A stretch of DNA of 46,259 bases from positions 1 through 46,259 of the IMG/VR virus record IMGVR_UViG_3300012942_000013. The stretch is one strand, 5' to 3'. This stretch comes from a virus. Taxonomy: Duplodnaviria; Caudoviricetes. Under the pieces are notes generated by a model, which saw nothing but the letters and a program-made list of their open reading frames with translations, made no database searches and was not told where the DNA came from. Positions 26,817 to 34,312 of the stretch are shown here, piece by piece. The first letter of the stretch is position 1, and each line of letters begins with the position of its first letter. The translations under genes were made by a program, and so were the position numbers.

Positions 26817-27288
26817 CGGAACCCTCCGCCAGCCGCTGGAGCGGATCTCGCACGACGCTCTCGATCATCGGCGTTTCCACCCATTGACCCGTCGGCGCGT
26901 TGACCACAAGACTCTCGGCCACAGCGGCGTTCTCGGCACGAACCTGAATCCGGCCGCTGACTCCGACGAGGTAACTTTTCGTCTCGGTGGTCTGCTCTGA
27001 GGATGAGTCGAGTACGGCTTCCAGCCGGTCGAGGAGTTTGCGTACGCTCTCTTGGTCCGGCAGCCAGCCGCGACCTTCCCGGGTGGTGCCGACGCGCTTG
27101 TCGAGAAGCTCACGGGCTGCTTTCCGTAGCTCATCAAGGAAGAAGACCGGGACGTACTCGGTGACGGTGTAGTCGGCCTCGCGGACGATCACCGCTGTTT
27201 CAGCGTCGAAGGTGACGCGTGGGTCCACATCGACGATCTCGTTGCCGCTCTCGTAGATCCAGAGGTGGCGCTTCTCAGGCTCACCCAT
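26809..27288 (-). CDS. Hypothetical protein (MGEPEKRH...)
   Basis: Coupled ORF; AAGGGG SD. Confidence 0.55.
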   Translation of the reverse strand: MGEPEKRHLWIYESGNEIVDVDPRVTFDAETAVIVREADYTVTEYVPVFFLDELRKAARELLDKRVGTTREGRGWLPDQESVRKLLDRLEAVLDSSSEQTTETKSYLVGVSGRIQVRAENAAVAESLVVNAPTGQWVETPMIESVVRDPLQRLAEGSDD

Positions 27289-27556
27289 CTTGCATCCCCT
27301 TGTCTTGGTCTGGGTCGGCGAGCGACGCGAGGAAGGCTTCTGCGCGGTCGCACCACGACGCGACGCGCTCGTGGGTCTCCTCACCACACGTCCCCGAGCG
27401 AAAGGAATGGCCGGCCAGAAACCCCCGCTTTCGTCGTAGGGCGGAACGAAGCCGATCGCGCACGGTCGCCGGCCAAACGTCACCGCGTCGGACGCTGTCT
27501 GCCGTCGCCGTCCAGCCGAGATCGCGCAACCCCTGCTCCAGCGTCGAAGCGGTCAC
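27281..27556 (-). CDS. Hypothetical protein (MTASTLEQ...)
   Basis: GTGA coupling. Confidence 0.5.
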   Translation of the reverse strand: MTASTLEQGLRDLGWTATADSVRRGDVWPATVRDRLRSALRRKRGFLAGHSFRSGTCGEETHERVASWCDRAEAFLASLADPDQDKGMQDG

Positions 27557-27849
27557 GACCCACCACCCTGGGACGGTTGGTCGTCTCCGAAGGCCTCCAG
27601 AACGGCGAGCGCGTTGTCGTATTTCGCGATGCAGTCGAGTTGGTGTGCAGCGTCCCCGACGATCTTGTCGATGCCCTCCGCTTCGCACTTGGCGCACCTC
27701 ATGTAGTGGGGCGCGCCGTCCGCTTTCGACAGTCCCGGCCCGACGTGCTCCAGCCACTGCTCGTGGGTCTGGCGCATCGCCTTCAGGTCGAGGATCGCTT
27801 TCTCGCGGCTCGGCTTCGGAGGGCTGGAAATGCGTTCGAAGCTGCTCAT
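27553..27849 (-). CDS. Hypothetical protein containing AFGDD linker
   Basis: ATGA coupling; CAKC motif. Confidence 0.6.
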   Translation of the reverse strand: MSSFERISSPPKPSREKAILDLKAMRQTHEQWLEHVGPGLSKADGAPHYMRCAKCEAEGIDKIVGDAAHQLDCIAKYDNALAVLEAFGDDQPSQGGGS

Positions 27850-28670
27850 CGGTCGTCTCCGAAGGCGGCGGCGGCTTGCTCTGGGGTCGTTGCATGGAGG
27901 GCGTCGAAATAGCGACGGGTGACGTTCGGGTCGTCGCTCTCTTCGGCCGCAGCACGCAGTACGTCGGCGCGGTTCTTCGGAGCCTCGTCCTCGATACCGA
28001 GTTCGCGGGCGCCCCGTTCCAACTCCTCGGCCGACGCCTTCCCCTCTTCTGGTTGCTCTGGGGTGAGGGCCGCAAGGACCTCAGCGAGAGCCAAGAGAAA
28101 GTCACTGAACGGCAGACCGCGTTCGCAGGCGTCCTCGTAGACAAGCTGCACGTCATCTTCGCGGAGCCGGTCGAGCGTCAGCGGCTTCTCCCCCTCCCCG
28201 TCTACCTGGGAGTCCTGGAGGGTGGCGAGGAATTGACGGGCACGCGTCATGGCGGCCGAAGTGTCAGGGCCGCTGCTCATCCAGACCGGGCAGGCGTGGA
28301 TGAGGTCGGCCAGCGCCTTCGTCGCCTCCTCCAGGCGGTGCTCGGCGGAGTCTGCGCGGGCACGTTGCTCTTCGCGCTGCTCGCGGACTTCTCCGATTTC
28401 CTTGGCCCAGTGCCGACCGCCATTTTCTTGCCGCCACTCGGCTTCGCGGGCGTTCTGCTTCGCCCAGTCGCGTTCCTTCTTCGCCTCCTCAAGCTCCTCC
28501 CGTAGGGGGGCGGTGAGGATCGGCGCGGCGGCTTCGAGGGAAACTCGGGCAGCGTCGGAGCAGGTCGCCCACCGCGTGATCCTGCGCTCGTCGTCCCACT
28601 GCATCTTGGCGACCGCAGAAGCCGCAGCCTCGATCGCCGCCTCCGGTAGGTCTGTCGTCTGGTCAGGCAT
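27846..28670 (-). CDS. Mosaic multi-module protein (274 aa, MPDQTTDLPEAAI...AFGDDR)
   Basis: ATG 28670; paralogous linkers to 24450..26273. Confidence 0.75.
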   Translation of the reverse strand: MPDQTTDLPEAAIEAAASAVAKMQWDDERRITRWATCSDAARVSLEAAAPILTAPLREELEEAKKERDWAKQNAREAEWRQENGGRHWAKEIGEVREQREEQRARADSAEHRLEEATKALADLIHACPVWMSSGPDTSAAMTRARQFLATLQDSQVDGEGEKPLTLDRLREDDVQLVYEDACERGLPFSDFLLALAEVLAALTPEQPEEGKASAEELERGARELGIEDEAPKNRADVLRAAAEESDDPNVTRRYFDALHATTPEQAAAAFGDDR

Positions 28671-28971
28671 CGATTGCTTCCGTTTCTTTCGCGTAGTCGG
28701 CGATGCGGTTGACGACGTCTCCGATGCGGTCCAGCCTCGGATCGTCGGCGAAGATCTTCCCGTCGTAGAGATCGGCGAAGTCCTGGGTCTCCTCCGGTGA
28801 AAGGACGTTCGGGGCGTCGGCCGGGTAGTAGGTCGTGTACGTCGTCGGGTCGTGCTGGAAGCCGTCATCGGGGTCCATGTCGCAGTAGTGGCGCGTCGTG
28901 TGGTTGAACTCGATCGTCAGCGCCGGCCAGTCCTCCACCTGGGTCTTGTCGGTCCCGCTAGAGCCACTCAC
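28663..28971 (-). CDS. Hypothetical protein
   Basis: Coupled ORF. Confidence 0.5.
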   Translation of the reverse strand: MSGSSGTDKTQVEDWPALTIEFNHTTRHYCDMDPDDGFQHDPTTYTTYYPADAPNVLSPEETQDFADLYDGKIFADDPRLDRIGDVVNRIADYAKETEAIDA

Positions 28972-29188
28972 TGAGACCACTGTCCTTTCCATCGATGAGG
29001 GTCGAGGCGCCCATGTTCCAGTCGCGCATTAGTTCTCGCGTGGAGTGGCAGGAGGCTTTGACGCGGGCGATCACGTCCTCGGTCGTCGGGTTCCCCGGAG
29101 CATCGCCGTCTGGCCAGATTTCCTTGATGCCTAGGGTGTAATCGCCCGTGATCTCGAAGTGGAAGGTCTCCTGGGTCTTGTCAGGCAT
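28958..29188 (-). CDS. Hypothetical protein (MPDKTQE..., EIWPDGDAP motif)
   Basis: GGAGG SD. Confidence 0.6.
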   Translation of the reverse strand: MPDKTQETFHFEITGDYTLGIKEIWPDGDAPGNPTTEDVIARVKASCHSTRELMRDWNMGASTLIDGKDSGLSEWL

Positions 29189-29465
29189 CGGAATCCTCCA
29201 AGGTCGAAGCCGCATGAAAGGCGTCCGCAAGACGGTCACAGTCGGCGAGCATCGACGCGCCCATTGCGCGTTCGGCAGCGCGGTCATCGCCCTTACGGTT
29301 CGCCGCCTTGTAGTAGACGGGGCGAACGTGGACATCCAGCATCGAGGCCAGCTTCTCGCAGTCCTTCGGCGCAACGTGAAGGCCGGCCGATTCGCGCTCG
29401 GCCGCGGCGAGGATGTCCGCCGCGATCCGGTCCTCCTTCCGGAACCCATCCGTCTCGGTGCTCAC
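29181..29465 (-). CDS. Hypothetical protein
   Basis: GAGGAG SD. Confidence 0.55.
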   Translation of the reverse strand: MSTETDGFRKEDRIAADILAAAERESAGLHVAPKDCEKLASMLDVHVRPVYYKAANRKGDDRAAERAMGASMLADCDRLADAFHAASTLEDSDA

Positions 29466-29627
29466 TTACGGCTCCTCTCGTTCATCGGTCTCTTGTCGTT
29501 CAAGTTCTTGCTCGACGTAGCTGCGGAGCCAGACGGTCGCCCTGTCCTTGGCATCGAGGGGAAGCGGTCGGAGGGCGCGCTCACAAGCTCGGAGTGCCTT
29601 GATCTCGGGGTGGAGCTTTTTGGTCAT
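29466..29627 (-). CDS. Hypothetical protein (53 aa)
   Basis: GGAG SD before ATG 29627. Confidence 0.55.
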   Translation of the reverse strand: MTKKLHPEIKALRACERALRPLPLDAKDRATVWLRSYVEQELERQETDEREEP

Positions 29628-29697
29628 CGTTTCTCTCCATCGGTCTCTTGTGTGTGTTGAAGCTGGAAGCTGGTAGCAGATGCGGTACCATGTCGAA

Positions 29698-30072
29698 ATG
29701 ACCGATCCGATCCAGAAGAACCTCCGGGTGCCGCGCGACATGGCCCCGCGAATCAAATTCGAAGCCGACAAGCAAGGCATCTCCGAGAACACCTGGATGG
29801 TGGCCGTGATCGCGGGTGCGCTCAGATACGGTGAGCGCAACCCCGACGCGATGCCGGTCATGCACGCCTGGGGCGGGGAGAGCCACGTCGAAGTCATCGC
29901 TGAGAGGCTTGGCTTTTTCGAAATCTGGCATCTGGAACACGAACTGCGGATGAAACGAACCGCCGTCGATGCTCGCCTCAAGCCGCTTTTGAGCAGCGGC
30001 CAGGTCGTCGAAGACAGGGCCTCGACGGGCGGCACGCCGACCCTTTTTCGCTGGGTCGGTCCCAGGAAGTAG
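29698..30072 (+). CDS. Arc/HicB-like ribbon-helix-helix regulator with C-terminal winged-helix-like domain
   Basis: IQKNLRVPRDMAPRIKFEADKQGISENTWM; TACCAT -10 six nt before ATG. Confidence 0.7.
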   Translation: MTDPIQKNLRVPRDMAPRIKFEADKQGISENTWMVAVIAGALRYGERNPDAMPVMHAWGGESHVEVIAERLGFFEIWHLEHELRMKRTAVDARLKPLLSSGQVVEDRASTGGTPTLFRWVGPRK

Positions 30073-30073
30073 C

Positions 30074-30463
30074 TCACCCACCAGACACCCCCTGAGCCTC
30101 CGTCCCGTGGATCTCCACGGGGATGCCGCGTTTCCTGGCCTCGTCGATCGTGTGCTGCGTACCATTCGAGCCGGTGGTGAAGGCGATGACGAGATCGGGC
30201 TGAAGGTCGAGCATCGCGCAGTTGCGGAGGAACCGGGCCTGCTTCCGGAAGCCGTTCCAGCGGGCGTCCATCTTCGCCGTGTGGACGTTGTTGGCCTCGC
30301 AGACCGCCTCGGCCATCCGGTCCGCGCCCTTGGCATTCCCGTGGATGACGATCGCCGAGAGAACATCCTGCTGGCTCAGGCGATTCCTCAGCTCGCGGTA
30401 GCGCGCGGCCGAGCCGTCCGCCCAGTCCCGCGAGCCGCAGACGAGGATTCGCTTTCGGCTCAC
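30074..30463 (-). CDS. SLOG-superfamily (YspA/DUF2493-like) protein
   Basis: RILVCGSRDW, VIHGNAKGAD, RNCAML..PDLVIAF..GTQHTIDEARKRGIPV. Confidence 0.85.
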   Translation of the reverse strand: MSRKRILVCGSRDWADGSAARYRELRNRLSQQDVLSAIVIHGNAKGADRMAEAVCEANNVHTAKMDARWNGFRKQARFLRNCAMLDLQPDLVIAFTTGSNGTQHTIDEARKRGIPVEIHGTEAQGVSGG

Positions 30464-30753
30464 CTGGACGCCTCGTGAGCTTCTTGGTCTGGTTGTGGGG
30501 TGAGGTTCAGTGAAGTCTGGGCTTCGGGATCGGCAAGTAGCGCAGCGCGCAGAGCCTCGATGCCTTTCGGGGTGAGCGACACGGGACCGCACCAGACGCG
30601 CTCGAGCATCCCGCGCTTCATCAGTCGCTCGCGCTCTCGGCGGTCGGGCCGCTCCTCGCCGGCGATGACGTAGCGAAGGTCATTCGTGAGGACGAGCGAA
30701 CCCTGCGCCGCCGCGACCAAGATCCTCAGCTGCTCCCCACTGATCGCTTTCAA
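30460..30753 (-). CDS. Hypothetical winged-helix-like protein
   Basis: LMKRGMLE..SLTPKGIEAL; TTGA coupling. Confidence 0.55.
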   Translation of the reverse strand: MKAISGEQLRILVAAAQGSLVLTNDLRYVIAGEERPDRRERERLMKRGMLERVWCGPVSLTPKGIEALRAALLADPEAQTSLNLTPQPDQEAHEASR

Positions 30754-31964
30754 CTCCCCACCCCCTCCTTGAGGGACTGGTCCAGGTGAGAGGTCTCGTT
30801 GGCCATCAGTCGGCGTCCGATCCAGTAGGCGACGTTGACGGTGACGGCGTCTCCGCAGGCGGCGTAGCGGCGGCCGTCCGGCCGTGGGTCGACGGCACAA
30901 CGGTCCAGCCGTCCGGAAAGCCCTGAAGGCGCTCGCACTCCGTCGGCGTCAGTCGGCGAACCGATGAGGTCGAAGGAGTTGGAGCCGGGTCGCTGGTGGC
31001 TGCGGACGGTCCTGGCGACGAGGGGGGTTCCTCGGCCGGTTCCGTCTTCGCTTGCGTCGAATCCCTCGGATCGGAGCGTGTGGGCGACGAGGTGTCCGGC
31101 CTGGGCGTCGTTGTCGTCGGCTCCTCCGCCTTTGCGGTCGAGGGCGTTGACGACGAGTTGGCCGGCAGCCGCCTCGTCGGCTCCGATCCTGTGTCCGCCG
31201 GCAGCCGGTCCGGTGCCGAGCGTGCCGACGATGTTCTCGTCGTCCTCTTGTCGTCGTCCCGGTGCTGAGACGCCAGCGCTGCTAGAGCCTCGGCTAAGAC
31301 TGGCGGCAACTCGCGTCCGCGCTTCTCGGCCCGTCTCAAAATCCCCGCCGCCGCCCTCGGGCTCAAGTAGAACCTCTCTGGCACGTGCGCCTCGAGCACG
31401 TCGGGCAAGGATGAAGACACGGCGCCTTCGCTGGGGCACTCCGAAGTGTCGTGAGTCCAGCACTCGCCAGGCGAGGTCGTGGAACCCGAGCTCGGCCAGC
31501 GTCGCGAGAAGGACGGCGAAATCTCGTCCACCGTGGGATGAAAGAAGTCCGGGAACGTTCTCAACGAGGAGCCAACCCCTATCGCCGAGAAGAGCGTCGG
31601 CGATCCGTGCGAACTCGAAGAAGAGGCTCGATCTCTCACCGGCCTCGAGACCCGCGCGTCGACCGGCGACGGAGAGGTCCTGACAGGGGAATCCCCCGAA
31701 GAGGAGATCGACACCATCGGCGGCAGGCGGTCGCCCCTCGACTTCAGCGAGTGGACCTCGTCCTTGCCGATCGACCTGTCGTTGCCGTACTCCTGCAACG
31801 CCCACGTCTCGAACGTCCTCGAAGCACGGCACTCCCGGCCAGTGTCGGGCGAGGACTTCCCGTCGGTAGGCGTCCTGCTCGCACTGGAAGACGATGTCGA
31901 CTCCGGCCCGGTGCATACCGAGGTCGAGACCGCCGACGCCGCTGAAAAGTGATCCGGCCCGCAT
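30750..31964 (-). CDS. C5-cytosine DNA methyltransferase, alpha chain (motifs I-VIII, X)
   Basis: SLFSGVGG, FGGFPCQD, VENV, QRRRRVF, YAACGDAVTVNVA; GAGGAGG SD. Confidence 0.92.
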   Translation of the reverse strand: MRAGSLFSGVGGLDLGMHRAGVDIVFQCEQDAYRREVLARHWPGVPCFEDVRDVGVAGVRQRQVDRQGRGPLAEVEGRPPAADGVDLLFGGFPCQDLSVAGRRAGLEAGERSSLFFEFARIADALLGDRGWLLVENVPGLLSSHGGRDFAVLLATLAELGFHDLAWRVLDSRHFGVPQRRRRVFILARRARGARAREVLLEPEGGGGDFETGREARTRVAASLSRGSSSAGVSAPGRRQEDDENIVGTLGTGPAAGGHRIGADEAAAGQLVVNALDRKGGGADDNDAQAGHLVAHTLRSEGFDASEDGTGRGTPLVARTVRSHQRPGSNSFDLIGSPTDADGVRAPSGLSGRLDRCAVDPRPDGRRYAACGDAVTVNVAYWIGRRLMANETSHLDQSLKEGVGS

Positions 31965-31990
31965 GGGCTTTCCTCCTCAGACACGGACAC
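30806..31990 (-). CDS. Overlapping-frame beta chain of C5-MTase (carries motif IX); start uncertain
   Basis: Same strand, other frame; YLSPRAAAGILRRAEKRG and RRLTPTECERLQGFPDGWT. Confidence 0.7.
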   Translation of the reverse strand: MSVSEEESPCGPDHFSAASAVSTSVCTGPESTSSSSASRTPTDGKSSPDTGRECRASRTFETWALQEYGNDRSIGKDEVHSLKSRGDRLPPMVSISSSGDSPVRTSPSPVDARVSRPVRDRASSSSSHGSPTLFSAIGVGSSLRTFPDFFHPTVDEISPSFSRRWPSSGSTTSPGECWTHDTSECPSEGAVSSSLPDVLEAHVPERFYLSPRAAAGILRRAEKRGRELPPVLAEALAALASQHRDDDKRTTRTSSARSAPDRLPADTGSEPTRRLPANSSSTPSTAKAEEPTTTTPRPDTSSPTRSDPRDSTQAKTEPAEEPPSSPGPSAATSDPAPTPSTSSVRRLTPTECERLQGFPDGWTVVPSTHGRTAAATPPAETPSPSTSPTGSDAD

Positions 31991-32033
31991 CCTCCGGGGA
32001 GCCGGTCATCGCCCTGCGCCTCGACCGAGGGTG

Positions 32034-32236
32034 TGTCTGCTCATCTCGCGACACTGGAGCGCCCACGAAACCGCCCACGAGACGAACTCCCCTAGCCGCT
32101 GAGCCGTGCCTACGAGGTTCGGATGGTCACACCCACTCCCACGCCTCCCGATCGGCTCTGCCAAGGGAGCGGAGCGGGTTACATCCAATGGGGGAGATTG
32201 GCGGTTACGGAACGCAGCGCCGCAAAGGAATGCCAT
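32034..32236. other. Candidate attP region
   Basis: Gap downstream of int; CCAAT-7nt-ATTGG (32185-32201) and direct repeats GCCCACGA (32061, 32073). Confidence 0.4.
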
Positions 32237-32527
32237 CTAGCGGCCCTCCTGCTCAGAAGATGCACTCGACGCCCGCGCGGCCAAGCCACCTTCGACACTG
32301 GGATCGGCGGTGGTGATGCCGTTTACCAGACGGCGAAAGGTGTCCCGACGCTCCTTGAGCGCGCCGCTGGCGCTGAGAAGCCGCAGCCCCAACTCCCTCG
32401 CGTCCTGCTCACTGAAGTGCACTTCGTCGGTCCGCGCCGGGGACTCGATCCCGAGCGCGACACACGTGCCGCCTTCGGCGAGGTCGACCTCGAAGCGGAA
32501 TCCGTCTGCCTGGATGGGCTCAGCCAT
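32237..32527 (-). CDS. Hypothetical protein
   Basis: AGGAGG SD, overlaps int stop. Confidence 0.55.
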   Translation of the reverse strand: MAEPIQADGFRFEVDLAEGGTCVALGIESPARTDEVHFSEQDARELGLRLLSASGALKERRDTFRRLVNGITTADPSVEGGLAARASSASSEQEGR

Positions 32528-33677
32528 TCGCGGCCTCCTCCTGGTCGTCGACCGGCCGCAGCTCGCTCGGCTTGTCGAACAGCTTCTTGATGCGCTCCCG
32601 AGCGAGCTCGTCGTCGGTGTGGCCATAGCGTTCCCGGATCAGCTCGCCGTCGTCGGTGTGACCCAGCTGCCTCGCGACGTCGCTGCTTCCCTCGGAGCCT
32701 TGGGCGCGGAACTTCTCCAGCAGCCACGTGGCGGCGAAATGCCGTAGCTCGTGGAAGCGGAGTTTCGGCCGGCCGAAGGCGATGCGCACCGGGTTCCACA
32801 TCCCGTAGAGCGAGGTCGCCGACATCGCGCCGCCTTCCTTGTTGCGGAACACGAAGTCCATCGGCCGCTCTTTGCCGTCCTCGTCGACCCGGACCACGGG
32901 CTTGCGTCGGTCGAGTTGTGGCAGCACAGCTGCGGCCTCTGGCGGCAGCGTGATGATCCGCGTCTCGTCGTTCTTCGGGGTCGTGCAGCGCCGCTTGTAG
33001 ATCTGGCGTTCGACGTGAACCTCCTGGGCGCGCAGGTCGATGTCGCCCCACTCCAGTCCGAAGATCTCGCTCTCCCGCATGCCGGTGTAGGCCGCGAAGA
33101 TGATGAAGCTGTAGAAGCAGGTGTCGGGCAGACTCTCGGCCGCGATCTCGGCCAGCCGCGTGACCTCGGCCTGCGTCAGCCAGTCGGTCTTCTTGCGGCG
33201 CTCCTTCCGCGACTCGTGCTGGAAGTCGAGCCCGAGCCACACGTTCTCGGTGACGAGCCCCTCGTCTTTCGCGTCGGTCCACATCGCCCTGGCCTTCATC
33301 GCGGCGCCGGGTTTCGCCTTGGTGAAGCGTCGGGCCATCAGCCGGCTGAACTCCTGCATCCGGATCTGGGCGCCCTTCTTCGGGCCAAACTGGAACTCGC
33401 AGAGCTGCTTCGCCATGTAGGTGTAGTTCTCGTTCGTCGACTGCTTCGGCCGCGGGTAGTCCGTCAACCAGCGCTTCGAGAAGGTGCCGATGGTCTCCTT
33501 GGACGGCGCCACGCGGGCGAGCTCCTCGATCTTCGCGATCGACGCTTTGATCGCCTCGTCCTCCGTGTCGAAGGTACCGACCCAGACCGTCTTCCCAAGG
33601 CTCGGGATGTACGGGTTGGCGACCCACTTCTCCCCTCGCTTCTTGACGCCGTAGCGCTTGCCCTTCTTATCCGACAT
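32520..33677 (-). CDS. int: Tyrosine integrase with N-terminal AP2-like arm-binding domain
   Basis: YTGMRESE (R), TPKND (K), HELRH, LGH, RYGH (Y). Confidence 0.93.
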   Translation of the reverse strand: MSDKKGKRYGVKKRGEKWVANPYIPSLGKTVWVGTFDTEDEAIKASIAKIEELARVAPSKETIGTFSKRWLTDYPRPKQSTNENYTYMAKQLCEFQFGPKKGAQIRMQEFSRLMARRFTKAKPGAAMKARAMWTDAKDEGLVTENVWLGLDFQHESRKERRKKTDWLTQAEVTRLAEIAAESLPDTCFYSFIIFAAYTGMRESEIFGLEWGDIDLRAQEVHVERQIYKRRCTTPKNDETRIITLPPEAAAVLPQLDRRKPVVRVDEDGKERPMDFVFRNKEGGAMSATSLYGMWNPVRIAFGRPKLRFHELRHFAATWLLEKFRAQGSEGSSDVARQLGHTDDGELIRERYGHTDDELARERIKKLFDKPSELRPVDDQEEAANG

Positions 33678-33885
33678 GAGCCAACCCCTTTCCGTCTGGG
33701 CGGCGCTCCCAGTTCCGCGCCGCCGTCAGCTTGTACAGCCTGAATCGCCCCTTCTGCCTCGAAGGGAGTCCTTCACGGTCGAACCGTTCGATCGTCTTCG
33801 TCGACCAGCCCCACTCCTCCGCCAACTCCTTGCGGGTGAGCCAGGGCTCCGAGCCACCGAAATCGACGTGGACGACCGTTCCCAT
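33667..33885 (-). CDS. xis: Excisionase-like HTH protein
   Basis: WLTRKELAEEWGWSTKTIERF..GLP; directly upstream of int. Confidence 0.7.
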   Translation of the reverse strand: MGTVVHVDFGGSEPWLTRKELAEEWGWSTKTIERFDREGLPSRQKGRFRLYKLTAARNWERRPDGKGLAHVG

Positions 33886-33888
33886 GGC

Positions 33889-34095
33889 TCAAGCCGCCCG
33901 CTCCGAGTATGGCCGTCCGAGCCACGGCGGGATCGGCGACTCCGAGCCGCCGCTGGAGGTCTCGACCTTGATGGCCTGCTCGACTTTCATCCGCGCGCCC
34001 GTGAGAGCGTGCTGGTCGGCGAGCGTGACGCACCCCTTCGGGCCCGCGAGAAGAGCCTGCGCCTCGTCCCGGGTGAACTCCACGGTGACGCTCAT
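33889..34095 (-). CDS. Hypothetical protein
   Basis: AAGGAG SD, ATGA coupling. Confidence 0.55.
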   Translation of the reverse strand: MSVTVEFTRDEAQALLAGPKGCVTLADQHALTGARMKVEQAIKVETSSGGSESPIPPWLGRPYSERAA

Positions 34096-34304
34096 CGAGC
34101 GTGCTCCTTCCTGATCTCATCGATGCCGGTCTCCAGGTCGTCGATCTCGACCTCCTGCTCGAACGAGCCGGCGATCTTGATCCGGATCTTCGACTCGTCG
34201 CCGCCGGGCCGTAGCTGGATCGGGCCCTGGCTGAACCCCTCCGACGTTTCGGCCGGAACTTCCACCCAGCTGTCTTCCCTTTTCGCAACCCGTTGCTGTC
34301 CCAT
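34092..34304 (-). CDS. Hypothetical protein
   Basis: GGGAG SD. Confidence 0.5.
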   Translation of the reverse strand: MGQQRVAKREDSWVEVPAETSEGFSQGPIQLRPGGDESKIRIKIAGSFEQEVEIDDLETGIDEIRKEHAR

Positions 34305-34312
34305 CGGTGCGA

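Noticed and set aside
24448-28670. Linker repeats as a CRISPR array, DGR or invertible shufflon
   Set aside because: Several different repeats with irregular spacing, all direct; no reverse transcriptase, no adenine-specific variation, no adjacent invertase
32185-32201. tRNA-Gly fragment (minus strand CCAAT-CTCCCCC-ATTGG resembles an anticodon arm)
   Set aside because: No D arm, T arm (GTTCGA) or acceptor stem nearby; no tRNA gene supported in the window
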